From: Lytechinus pictus
Taxonomy: Eukaryota
Direction: 5' to 3'
Length of the DNA: 64,000 bases
Assembly: GCF_037042905.1 (NCBI RefSeq)
Contig: NC_087255.1
Coordinates: 18,166,001-18,230,000 of the forward strand
Part shown: one piece after another, positions 25,645 to 37,948 of the stretch
How positions within the stretch are numbered: the first letter of the stretch is position 1
Layout: the number at the start of each line of letters is the position of its first letter
Notes under the pieces: model-generated
What the model was told of the DNA's origin: nothing
Databases searched by the model: none
Seen by the model: the letters and a program-made list of their open reading frames with translations, nothing else
Position numbers and translations under genes: made by a program

Positions 25645-26464
25645 CACTGTAAAAAAAAATCTTTGAATCAGTAGTTAACACTTAATGTATTTAAGTAGAA
25701 TTTACAATTTGTAATTATTTTTCGTTGTTTTTAAGTAGTTTCAACTTGTCTTTTAATTTACTTGATTAACTTGATTTATTTGGGTTCAATATACATTTAA
25801 GAAAATTCACGTATTGATAGCTTGCTTTGATTGAGTAAATCTAACTCAATTAGGCAAAGATGATTGTTACTTATAAAATCATGTTGAATGTACTTATATT
25901 TTTCAATTAACGCCATATTTAAATAATGCATGAATATTCATTAGAGCAAGTAAATGTTTTTTTTTTTTAAATAACTGTCATATCTATTTGTGTTTGAAAT
26001 TGTTTTGGATAAGGGTGTGCTAACTATTGTATTCTTTTGTTGAATCAATGAAAAGGCAATATTAAATAGTCATTTAGCAGAAAATTATTCTCACTGTTTT
26101 ATTTGTAAGAATGAAACGATCGCGTATAAATATAAATGTCAGTACCTATACATGTACAGGTAAGTGACAATTCACAAAGTCTAATATTTGGATAAAACAT
26201 GTCTAAAATGAAAATGATGCCACCAAAAGTGGGACTTTCGAATCACGAAAGTCCACTCCCCCATTTGATATTTTCAAATATTTTGTTGATTGTTTTACTT
26301 AATTGAATTAAGTTATTGTAACTTAATTTTCTTGAGTAAAATGGAAGCAAAGAAAATAAGTAAATTTTACTTAAAACTGCCAAAGTCATAAATACTTGAA
26401 AAAATTAAGGCAATTTTTTGCCACAATTTTATTAAGTAATTTCTACTAATTGTTTTTTACAGTG
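25645..26464. mobile_element. Non-autonomous CACTG...CAGTG element (EnSpm/CACTA-like)
   Basis: TIR CACTGTAAAAAA / TTTTTTACAGTG flanked by TA on both sides, about 130 bp beyond the ELOVL stop. Confidence 0.7.
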
Positions 26465-26591
26465 TACTAGCAGGTCATGAAGTATGCGTTACTTTGGTTA
26501 TGAGTGATCACTACAAAGTATTGGGTAAATGTGCAAATCTTTCCTATATATGGTCAAATCGCTTTGTTTGGTATTATTAATACGTAGAGTT

Positions 26592-27410
26592 TTATGTCTT
26601 TGAGGCTCTGAAGAAGTAACTGTGAATGAAGAAGTTGACGAATAGTATGAACAAGGTCCCGAAACCAAACAGACCCAGTCCTAGTCCGATATGGTCGACT
26701 TCACATGGCACTCCTCGAAACACCGCCTGCGCGGCGTACAGGTTAATGAGAAAACCCGCCAAAAGCTGGATGATTTGGATGCTGGTGATCGTCATGGCAA
26801 CGCGTTTTGGGACGGCCACGCCCAAGATGCGGAGAGCGTAGTACGGGTACATGAGAGAATGGATATACGTGTTGACCATGGCCATGACGAAGACCGTCGG
26901 TGAGGCGTAGGCGAAAAGATAACAGGTACTGAAGTAGGTGAGCACGTGGTGGTACCAATGCAATACAATGAGTTTTGCCTTGCGGAGAACCACGAACAGG
27001 GTGTCACCGTATTCTACGAGCTTGCTCATTGCGAAGAGGAACAGCCAGAGCCCGCCGGGTTGTCCCCTATCGAAGCAGTGGCATTCGCAGACAAGGCTGT
27101 GCAGTGTGGCGCCTCGCTGGGATAGGATGTAATGCGTGGCGACGTTTAGCCGCCACGCGCAGACGATACTGAAGATGGACAAGCCAATGTTCCAGAGAGC
27201 GAGGGGTAGGCGAAAGACGAAACGAGGACGATTCTTCATTACTCGTTGGACGGTGAAGATGGTGATGAGGTAGACAATGGTGGAAATGGTGTAGATGAGC
27301 ATTCCTTCCTCCCGCATCCATCGTTGCCATGGGATCGGGTCAAAGCTCACTTCGGATGCAAACGGCCGAAGGACAACCCCCAATATAGATGACATCTTTA
27401 CCTGATTCAT
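26592..27410 (-). CDS. ELOVL6: Fatty-acid elongase, ELOVL6/ELOVL3-like; intronless CDS, 272 aa
   Basis: GNS1/SUR4 motifs SKLVEYGDT, LHWYHH, HSLMYPYY, TSIQIIQ and several TM segments. First ATG at 27410 (the ORF track starts at a TTG; a second ATG lies at 27395). A 5'UTR splice acceptor lies at 27452-27453. The symbol marks the subfamily, not proven 1:1 orthology. Confidence 0.92.
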   Translation of the reverse strand: MNQVKMSSILGVVLRPFASEVSFDPIPWQRWMREEGMLIYTISTIVYLITIFTVQRVMKNRPRFVFRLPLALWNIGLSIFSIVCAWRLNVATHYILSQRGATLHSLVCECHCFDRGQPGGLWLFLFAMSKLVEYGDTLFVVLRKAKLIVLHWYHHVLTYFSTCYLFAYASPTVFVMAMVNTYIHSLMYPYYALRILGVAVPKRVAMTITSIQIIQLLAGFLINLYAAQAVFRGVPCEVDHIGLGLGLFGFGTLFILFVNFFIHSYFFRASKT

Positions 27411-27932
27411 AAACTTCAGCAACTTGGTTTATAGTATTCCTTATCCAACTTCTGAAATTGAATTTGTATATAAACGCAAGAAAGTAGGATTTATGTTTCA
27501 TTGATTTGTACAATTGAGGTTGAGAGAGAGAGAGAAGGGGGGGGGGGCAAAATGAAGGAAGGCAAGGGATATAAAAAGATTAAGAAGCTGAATTATCAGT
27601 GAATATACGTTTTTATTTACGGTACCCGGTTCAGTTATACTTCATAGTAAAAATACTTCCAAAAACAACTCATTTTCTATTTCGAATTTATTGAATTGAA
27701 TTGAATTGAATTTATTAACAAACTTCATTCACTTGACATGAACATTTTGTTGTACAATTATATACAATGATAACATAAAAAAATATTTATAGCAGTATAT
27801 CGTATAAATCAGTAATACATCAATACATTTCCTTTTAGATTTCCAATTAATTGAATTATGTATAAACATCTATATACAAAGAGAAATAACGTATTGAAAT
27901 TTAACATGAAGAAAGTATAGCATAATGCAATA

Positions 27933-28880
27933 CAGTGCGTATCAAAAAAAAGTTTACACTTAGAAAAAATCCTGTAAAATTATACATTTGTAATATCCTG
28001 GAGATTTTTCCACATTTCAACATTATTTAAGCAAATGACGATATAACTGTCGAAAAATATTTCCGCTTGAGTGAGCACCACTTACTTTTGAAAAGTTAGT
28101 GAAAAATGATTTGCGCAGAACTTTGAAATAGACCTTAATCATGCAGAACACGTTGAATTTAGCTAGTAAAATTGATTTGAAGATATCTTTTACCCTTTTA
28201 ACTTGTTTCCTTGCCCAAAACACTTCGAAGAGTGTCCCACTCCCCCAAACACCGAGGCCATCGTGACGATATTTGCTTTACACTGAGCTGTAATTTACAT
28301 GAAATGGCTTAGGCTTGATTTTCATTTTGTTAATCATTGTCAAGCTTGGAAAAGGTGTGGAGAAACAAGTATTAAATAAAATATGAAATGTAAACCCACT
28401 TTAAATGATAAAAACTTAGTGAAAAAATGCTGGAGATATCTGATATAAACTTTTGTTCAGATTGACTTCTGTCCTCAGATCCAGCTGGCACAAAAAGGGT
28501 AAAGGTTGTGCTTACTAAGTGTTGAAATTTCAATTTGGGTGGCAAAATTGTTACAAAATGCTTGAATGTATCTGTTTTTATTTCAATATTGACTAAAAGT
28601 GCGAGGGAAATGTATGAGAAATGTTTCGCAGGGTGAATTTGATTTCGCCCTTTCCCCTTGACACAGCGTGAAAACGAGCATTTCTGCGCAAACAGATTTC
28701 TGCGAGCTTTACCAAAATGGACAGTGCTCACTCAAGTGTAACATTTTGTCAAAACTTTTACTTTCATTGGATAGATGAGACCCAAACCCAAGATTATATG
28801 TGAACAAATTACCCACATGTTGTATATTTTTTAATTCCCAGGGCTTTTTCAAAGTGTAAACTTTTTTTTGATACGCACTG
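27933..28880. mobile_element. Non-autonomous Tc1/mariner-type element
   Basis: TIR CAGTGCGTATCAAAAAAAAGTTTACACTT at both ends, TA TSD, no transposase ORF. Confidence 0.88.
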
Positions 28881-29936
28881 TATAATGGAACTTTATGATT
28901 ATCCATTTATCGAACAGAGCTCAGAAATGAACTTCAATGTATATATATGAATTATGATAGATATCTTTGGTATACCTTGGATTTTTTTATAGCCTGAATG
29001 AAGGAAAAAAGAAAAAATGTTGATGTTAGAACTTCCTATTCATATTTATAATGGCTTTAATGAACTCACAGAAATTATAAATTATCAAGTTTCATTATGT
29101 ATATATTTTGTCTTCATCGCTAAGATGATACATTTCATATGTATCATAGCTGATACATTTCAGCTATTTTTTTTCAAAAATACCCCCAAGTTTTTTTTTT
29201 TTTTGGGGGGGGGGGGATTTAAAACCTCCATTTCTCAACGCACGTAAAGATTCGCAATTTCAAACTGTCTAGATAATTGTCAATTACCAGAAGTAAAAAC
29301 CGGAAAATCTATAAAAGTCCTTCATTTCCGTACCTGATGACTTGTGATGTTATGATAATGACAATATCAGGAATGTATATGCTTACATTGGCAAAATACC
29401 TAAATCTATAGATTAATGAGATTCAATATAATCAGTAACAGGAATTGATTTTCTATACTCTGTAATAGTACGTTGTGCAGTGGGGGGCGGGGTAGGACAA
29501 CGGGGTGGGGATCATTATGGATGCGGTATTTGAACTATGGGTTATTCACTTGCACATTCACATTCTTTATTTGGGGTTTTTCCGTCCTTTTAGTGTCGTT
29601 GCCATCAAAACATTCATCTTTTCTGACGAGTAATGATTTAAAATCCTACACTGATGAAAAAGAAGTAGATCTATTCTTTTACAATACGGCGTGACTAATA
29701 CATTGTGTTGAACTGGATTACGTTACATTTTAACTTGTCCGAGAGGGAGTCTTATGTTTAACCATTAGATCTATTTTATGTTTCCACCAATTTTTTCAAA
29801 TTTAATCGGATTTCGATACAGATTTCACCCTTTTTTCGGGGGGGGGGGTGGGTATTTTTTCTATTTGCATCAGGACGGCAATATCATATTTAACAATTTG
29901 ATACCGCGATATAACACAATATTTTAAAGTTCTTAC

Positions 29937-30190
29937 CAATTTTGTTATTTGCCACGAGCCTCATTCCCCCATCCTTTTTTTTCTCGTCAGTTCAAGGATG
30001 CTTATGTCTGATGCTACTTTTTGTTCAGCATATGAAAGTTTCAGCATATGTGTTTTGATCTTTTACTCCATTTGCACTGCCTGCCGTCTTATTAATATTT
30101 GGAATTGGCAGAGCTAGCTATGTGTATATAGTTGCCAAGAAAGCACGCACTACTGTATCACGCAGTAAACGCGCTTACGTCACAATGAGC
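29937..30190 (-). promoter_or_regulatory. Possible 5'UTR exon and core promoter of the ELOVL gene
   Basis: Minus-strand TG|GTAAGA donor at 29936, TATATA near 30125-30130, ATF/CRE-like TTACGTCA at about 30175-30182, local CpG enrichment. Confidence 0.3.
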
Positions 30191-32469
30191 GCGTTGTGTC
30201 ACATAGTGCGTCACAATGCGTAACATTCCATCACAATTATAAATCCTGGGGAGCGTTTCATCAACATTTTTGTCTGACAAGTTGTCAGGGGCCCGTTGCA
30301 GAAAGAGTTGCGTTTAAACGCAAGCCAAAAATCAATCGCAAGTCCCAAATGCGCGCTGTTGATTGGTTGAAAATCAAGTTGCGCATGATTTTTAGAGTTG
30401 CGATTGATTGCAACTCTTTCTGCAACGGGCCCCAGATCTGACAACTTTCCTTGATTCTGATTGGCTGACAAGCACTGCAACTATGGTAACTGTCGGATAA
30501 AACGTCCGACATGTCCTTTCATGAAACACTTTCCTGATACTTGTATAAAAAGCTGACACTCTATTAATGATCAACAGCAGTCTGAATTCAAATTTACATA
30601 ATGCATTTGCACGGAGAGAAAAGAACCAATGCGAGGAGTCGCTCTTGTCAAAGCCACTTAGCTTACACAGATATTCCCTTACTAATTTTTTTCATTTTGA
30701 TAACCTTGAAAATAGAGAAATAAACATAAATGCATATTTTGATAGTACATAATTATAATTTAATGAGAAAGAGATTTAGTTTAGCCATATTGTAGAAAGG
30801 GACAAGATTTTTTATCAACATCATTGGTTTTTATTGAATAGTGTCATTCTTATTGTATTAGATATATCGTATATTATTGCAATCAAACCACTTGTCTCTT
30901 TTACATTAATATTCTCGCAAATTTCGCCAGAAATTTCATGCATAATTGAAGGCCGTTATTCTCGATACTGATAGGTTATATCCTTTATTATTTTTGTTTT
31001 CATTATTGTTATAATTATTAATATCATTATTATTACTATTGTTATCATTAACTATACATGCTTAGTGTTTTCCATTAAAATGTATTTTTATTGTTATTGT
31101 CGTGGCATGTCTTCAATACAATGTTTTCTTTTTTATGTTTCTCACAATACCTTGTATAGGCCTAATCAAAACGAATATCTATTAATTCAAATAAAATAAT
31201 TATGATATTTTAACCAACCATCTTAAAACCGGGTTTTTTTTTTAAATCCTGTTGTTAGTTTAATGTTGACGACTCTTCGATTTCATTCATCGGATACTCA
31301 TATTAACTGCTACTCCTGCAGACTGAATCTATTCTCGAGTAATGTTATTTCATTTACAAGTCTTGGGGTCGGTTGCACAAAGAGGTGTGATCAAACACAT
31401 TTCAACAAATCAAACGCAACTTTCCTTTCAAGAAAATAATAAAACGCGCGTAATATGCGCTGGATTTTTTTTTTGTTGCGTTTTAACATAATTTATAGCT
31501 CTTTCTGCAAAACAAACAAACAAAAATGGGTCCTTGGTCGAGACGGACAAAGTACATGGGAAACAATTCTAAACTGTTGACCCCTTCTCGATGCCTACAA
31601 AATGATAAATCCACCCCACGTAAAAAAGGTCGGTAATTTCCATTTCTCCTGCGGTTATCCACACAGATCCGGGGCCCGTTTCATAAAGACATGTTATCAT
31701 AACAAATGTACAATTTCTAAAACAAGTTTGCTATCAGCCAATCAGATTGTATGATTTCGGTAGCATTAAACGGGTATTTCATATTTGTTATTATAACAAG
31801 TTTCATGAAACGGGCCCCTGTTGTAACATGGCCCTTGGAAGCGGGGGGTGCTGGAAGGTGTGAAAAAAGGAAAAATGTAACCAAAATGACCTTTTAGTGA
31901 ATCCCCCCTTTTTTTTTTTTTTTTTTTGCTTTTCAATATTTTCGGGACCAAAATGACCTCCATTTTGTAGTGATAATTTTTTTTTCGCTTCAGCTCCCCA
32001 GTAAAAAAAATCGTGCCCAGGGCCCTGTGCCCGGGGGGGGGGGGCACTTACATTGACGAGTCGATACCATGCGCGACCAAAAAACACGTAAAAAGGATGT
32101 CTTTTTCAAGATAGGGCACGTTACGTACGTAACGTGATAAGGGTGTCAAAAACACAAAAATAATGAAAAAAGGGTATCTATTTCTCTAGGAAAGCTACGT
32201 GTTTAGGGTCAAATTTGCGGGGATGATAAAACAAAATTGAAATGTTTTATAAAGGATGTCCTTTTTGCCCCAACACGACAACACGACGTGTTTAGAGTCT
32301 GATTTGCGCGAGGTGTGGAAGGTGGGGCCGTACTAAACCAAATGGTGTGTAAAGGTAAAACCGACGACCGACGGACCCGTGACATAACAATAAAATATCG
32401 CTGTACTTGTTTAAGGGTTCATTTCAATTGCCAAGAGTATCGTTTTGTTTCCAATACTTGTTAAGGGTA

Positions 32470-34290
32470 TAGTCCGGTCTGTTAGCGTCAAAAACACCCT
32501 ACTTGTGGACACAGTGGACAAAAGCATGATTTTTTCTCCAGACCTTTGTTTATGTATAAGAATTAAAAATGGGGTATGCTCCAAAAAATCTGGCTGCAGG
32601 AACAGTGAAAAAATGGGTGAAAATGTCAGAATTTATGAGTTTAGATTGGTCTGATATATAGACTAGCGCTAGTGCAAAACTCAATAGCAGTGCATTATTT
32701 TGCATTGGTTTAGTTCTTGAATTCAGACCCTTTTTGAACAGATATTCTGTTTGTCCTCACATCTCAATGCACTAAATATCTGAATGCAGATGCTAAACAA
32801 GCCGAAGGGTGGCAGTGGAGGGGGTTGAATGTTGGTGTGTATGTACATATTTTGGTCTTGGGGTAAAGATGTGCAAGACACATTTTTTGCATGTGTTGCC
32901 ATGGTAACAGTGTATTATGGCAAAATAAGGTTACAAATCTTGCAGTTAGAACTACTTCCTCTGTTTTCATCCGATTCTCATGAAATTTGGCACACACATT
33001 GGTCTTGAGGTGAAGATGTCTAAGACACATTTTGTGTGTCTTTCGGAAATTTTGTTGCCATGGTAACAACATAACATTTGGTGAAAATTGGGGAAAAATC
33101 TTACAATTCAAACTGCTTCATCAGTTTTAAATCAATTCTCATGAAATTTGGCACACACATTGGTATTAAAGTAAAGATGTACAAGGCACTTTTTGTGATT
33201 GTTTCAGAAATTGTGTTGCCATGGTAACAACATATTATATGGCAAAATTTAGGTAAAAACCTTGCAATTTGAACTACTTCATCAGTTTCAAACCAATTTT
33301 CATGCATGATATGGCTCACACATTGGCCTTGAGATAAAGATGTGCAGGAACCTTTTTTTTTTCATTTGTCAGAGAGTGCATTGCCTTGATAACCACATAT
33401 AGCCAGAAATGCAGGGAAAACTCATCAATTGTGGATCAATCTACTTCTCAGTTTTCAGCCTGTGCTCAGAAAAGTTTACACAAATATTCATTTTGGGTAA
33501 AGATTCACATTCAGTGTTAAAGGGGAATCCAGCCTTGGTCATAAAATGTTGTGTGGAAAAGGAGAAAAATAAGAATGGTGAAAGTTTGAAAGCAATCGGA
33601 CAAGCAAAATAAAGTTATGGCTGCTTTAAAATTAAGATCCCTAAGGCTACTAGTATGTAGATTTCAAATTGATAATGGGTAAGCAAATTATGACAAGGGG
33701 TGAGGCCGCAAGGACAACTTTCCCATTGGCCTTGTACTTTGATTTTTGGTTTTCTCCTAAATTTCATTGGGGCCGTAATATAAACCTGTTAGTATAATGC
33801 TTTATGTCCTCATGGAAGAAAGATACAATTTGAAGTAAAACTTTTGAAAAAGACATTTTAGTCAATTAATTATTTCTGTACATGGAAGAGTGGTCCTTCC
33901 CTTACATCATTATGACATCACATGTGCGGCCAATTTGAAGTCTTCATGGGTATATACCAATGTTTACAACTCTTATATATTCACAACTTTCTTATGGTTT
34001 GTCCGATATTGTTCAAACTTTGACCTGTCTGATTTTTTCTTTTCCTCATAAAAACAAGTGTTTATTTGGTTTGGATTCCCCTTTAACATCATAAAATAGC
34101 GCAGGGTATTCATGGTATTAATCACCTTCAATAACATTTATAGGTTCTTTTTTTTGGGGGGGGGCGGAGGAGGTCCTTAAAAACTGAGCACCCCTTCCAT
34201 TTTTTTTTTTGGGGGGGGGGGCCTTTAGAAAATTGCCACATAAAGAATAAAAAAGGAAATAATTACAACTAGGAACTGACCCCCCCCCCC

Positions 34291-34325
<35 letters not shown>

Positions 34326-37141
34326 AAGAAAAATCCTTAACACTTCAGCGTATTAATTTAAAGCCTAAAACATTCTGGTTTGATGAAAGATCATTTCCGG
34401 TGCCCAATTAATCAACGTTTTATTTATCTCCTTCTACTCAGTCTTTGTTCATTTCAGTGTTTACTCTGACTTTCTTACATCACTTTTTGCACTTTAGAGC
34501 TTTACCATACCTTCTTGTTTTGTTTCCTCCCCCCCCCCCCTCTTTTTCTCCCTCTCTAAGTACATTTTTTTTTTCTATTTTAATTCATTATTATCTAGCA
34601 ACAATTATTCAATTTTGAATGCTTACACCTACACTGAAATATAATACCATGACATTTATTCTTTTCTTCATAATCTTCTAAACTCTATTTTGGCTACACT
34701 CTGTCCTAAATAATACTATTAGCTATATTTAATGTCTAGTTTAAAGAATTGAAGAAATGGCTGTCATGATATTATATTTCGGTAAAGGTGCATCAAATTC
34801 ATAGTTGCAGCATTCAGAATGGAATAACTGTTGCTTGAAAAAATGGATTTAGTTGTTTTCCGAAAATCCTCTGTGAAAATTTTAGTTATATCACTGAGTT
34901 TTCCCATTCCTGCAGTTACCACCATCTGAAAGGGATATGACTAGAATATATGTAGAGAAATAAAAGTCATCATTTGCTCAATGAACAGTGAATACGTTCG
35001 TCCTTACTCCAATGGAAAATTATTTGCATTTTTTGTGACAGTCAGATCTTGCATCCAACAATTTTGCTACTGAAACATAATATTCATTTTTTGACAATTA
35101 TACTGAAAAAATTAAATGAAATAAAATTGAAGGCAAAAAATTATTGTGCACATATGCATATTTTTGATATGGTATGCTATTGAGTCATGGATTTGCAAGT
35201 GAATTTCTAAAACAAGTGCAGAGATTTTTGTATATATATATATATTTCTATAATTAGTTGCATGATTAAAGGTTCACTTTATAATATGTCAGAAAAAATA
35301 TACTTGGAGAGAAGAGAGGGTAAAAAAAGGAGAGAGGAAACATAAGATGGTATGGTGAAGCTCAAAATCAAGAGTGATGTGATATAGTTAAAAAGAAAGA
35401 GTAGGAATGGAATATGAATAAAAGACTGAATATGAGAATATAAATAAACAATGATTAATTTGCTACTGTAAAAATTTTTTTACCAAAGCAGAATGCATTA
35501 AACATCAAATGAATGGTCTGAACTCTGAAGTGCAAATGAATCTTCTTACCTTTTAATGGGGGGGGGGGGGCATTTTTCTGCTAAAAAAATATATCAGCCC
35601 CATTTGTTTGCGGGGGGGGGGTTAAGTTCTTAGTCATAATCCTTTAACTTTTACTTTTATGAGGTCATTTTCTAAAGACCCCCCCCCCAAAAAAAGGGAG
35701 TAATGTCTCGCTTTAAAATACAAAGACCCATGAGGGGCAAAGGCGTAGACTGGTTGAGCATAGGGAGATAGAAGTGGTATGGGGAGGGGTGCACATCTTG
35801 GGAAGGTGGAACTAAGGTTTGGAAAATCAGCCGTTGAAAGTAGAAGGGGTACACATTTTGTTTTGCTTGCCAGTGTTGGAACTCCTTTGCCAGAGCGGAA
35901 GGTTTCACATTCACCCAGTGTACCCCCAGCCTATGCCCTTGAGGGGATGCTTATTTCAAGAGTGTTAATAGACACCGCCTTTAACCTTTATTTTGAGGTC
36001 AGATTTTAAGGACCAATCCCGCTCCTCCCCCAAAACCTAGAAATATTACTGAAGGTGATTAATACCCCCACACTCATATATTTTAATGCAGTTTAGAATT
36101 TAATATGAATCTTTACCCAAAGATGAATATTTCTTCCAACTTTTATGAGCACTGACTAAAAAAAGGGGAAGTTGTTTGATCCACAATGAGTTTTCCTGCA
36201 TTTCTGGCTATCATATGTGGTTACCATGGCAATATACTCTGACAAATGCACACATAAAATGGTTCTTGCACATCTTTACCTCAAAGCAAATGTATGAGCC
36301 AAATTTCATGAGAAATTGTTCAAAACTGATGAAGTTGTTCAAATTGCAAGGTTTTTACCTAAATTTTGCCATATAATATGTTGTTACCATGGCAACACAA
36401 TTTATGAAACACATACAAAAAGTGCCTTGTACATCTTTACTCTAATACCAATGTGTGTGTCAAATTTCATGAGAATTGATTTAAAACTGATGAAGCAGTT
36501 TGAATTGTAATTTTTTCCCCAATTTTCACCAAATAATATGTTGTTACCATGGTAACAAGATTTTTGAAAGACACACAAAATGTGTCTTAGACATCTTCAC
36601 CTCAAGACCAATGTGTGTGCCAAATTTCATGAGAATCGGGTGACAACAGAGGAAGTAGTTCTAACTGCAAGATTTGTACCTTATTTTTGCCATAATACAC
36701 TGTTACCATGGCAACACAATTTCCAACACATGCAAAAATTTGTCTTGCACATCTTTACCCCAAGACCAAAATATGTACATACACACCAACATTCAACCCC
36801 CTCCATCACCACCCTTCGGCTTGTTTAGCATCTGCATTCAGATATTTAGTGCATTGAGATGTGAGGACAAACAGAATATCTGTTCAAAAAGGGTCTGAAT
36901 TCAAGAACTAAACCAAAGCAAAATAATGCACTGCTATTGAGTTTTGCACTAGCGCTAGTGTATATATCAGACCAATCTAAACTCATAAATTCTGACATTT
37001 TCACCCATTTTTTCACTGTTCCTGCAGCCAGATTTTTTGGAGCATACCCCATTTTTAATTCTCATACATAAACAAAGGTCTGGAGAAAAAATCATGCTTT
37101 TGTCCACCGTGTCCACATAATTCCGCTAACAGACCAGACTA
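32470..37141. mobile_element. 4.7-kb non-autonomous element with ~1.1-kb TIRs (Academ-like)
   Basis: Termini TAGTCCGGTCTGTTAGCG / CGCTAACAGACCAGACTA with a 3-bp TSD GTA. Arms about 32470-33516 (plus 34087-34135) and 36040-37141 are inverted copies with ~160-bp subrepeats. No transposase seen. Confidence 0.8.
33517..34086. mobile_element. TTAA-target MITE (Kolobok/T2-like); inverted relative of 52037-52633
   Basis: TTAA-AGGGGAATCCA ... TGGATTCCCCT-TTAA; the interior matches the reverse complement of the 52-kb copy. Confidence 0.85.
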
Positions 37142-37412
37142 GTAGGGTTTCAGACGTCAGTACTTGTCAAGGGGTGCATTTTCAGAATATGGAAAATACG
37201 TGTTTATGGTGCTTTTCGAGACCCCATGGTCGCGCATGGTATCCACTCGTCAATGGAAGTGCCCCCCCGGGGCCCTGTGCTGTAACTTTGCCATTGTGTC
37301 AATTACCATGGCAACGTGGTACATCAGCCAATCACATTCAAAGTTTCCATGGTAGTTGCCATAGTTGTCAATCTTTATGAAACAGGGCCATGATATTTTG
37401 AGCATTTCATTG

Positions 37413-37948
37413 CTAGGAGATGTGTGCTACAATCCCCTCGTCCTCGTCCCCTTCAGAATGGTGTCCTTGGTTTTCCGTATTCTTTTCGACGTCATACTTC
37501 GCTCGACTACCGCATCGACAGTCGTTCGTCTTCCTGGCCACCCACTGCCGCAGGATCGTGACAACCCACACCACTGTGTAGATTACAAAGATGGCTGCGG
37601 CAAGAGAGAGCAAAGCAACGATGGACGTGACGGGGTTCTCACCATAGTCGAGAAAGAAGTAAACCACTCCCCCACTCACAGCCCAGTAGATCAACGTGAA
37701 GGTTAGATACATCATTCCATACGTTAATGGGTAGACCACGTGACCAAATAAACAGGGCGTGGCCGTGACTGTGACTTCCAATAGGCTGAAAGCGGCAGGG
37801 AGGAGGTGGATGGTGATGTCCTCGACCCAGCTGACGGCGTCTGTATTTTGTTCGAATAAGAACGCCCAGTAAACGACGGCGACGATGAGCGACCACGTCA
37901 GAAGTACGTCATAAAGAACCCATTGTATCGTGTATCGAAGAGACAGTG
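37413..37948 (-). CDS. Rost-like last coding exon
   Basis: ttttcgcgacag| acceptor, about four TM segments, TAG stop at 37413-37415. Confidence 0.9.

Larger units (their letters stand above)
32030..37271. mobile_element. CCCGGG-terminated non-autonomous TIR element with nested insertions
   Basis: TIRs CCCGGGGG..GCACTTnCATTGACGAG; exact 8-bp TSD GCCCTGTG at 32022-32029 and 37272-37279. Confidence 0.85.

Noticed and set aside
26626-27330. Multiple short ORFs overlapping the elongase
   Set aside because: Shadow frames of a GC-rich CDS with no recognisable motifs.
32764-36898. Paired similar ORFs (…CCYHGNT…, MCLRHLHLKTNVCAKFHEN) on opposite strands as duplicated genes
   Set aside because: They are translations of the inverted, internally repetitive arms of a non-autonomous transposon.
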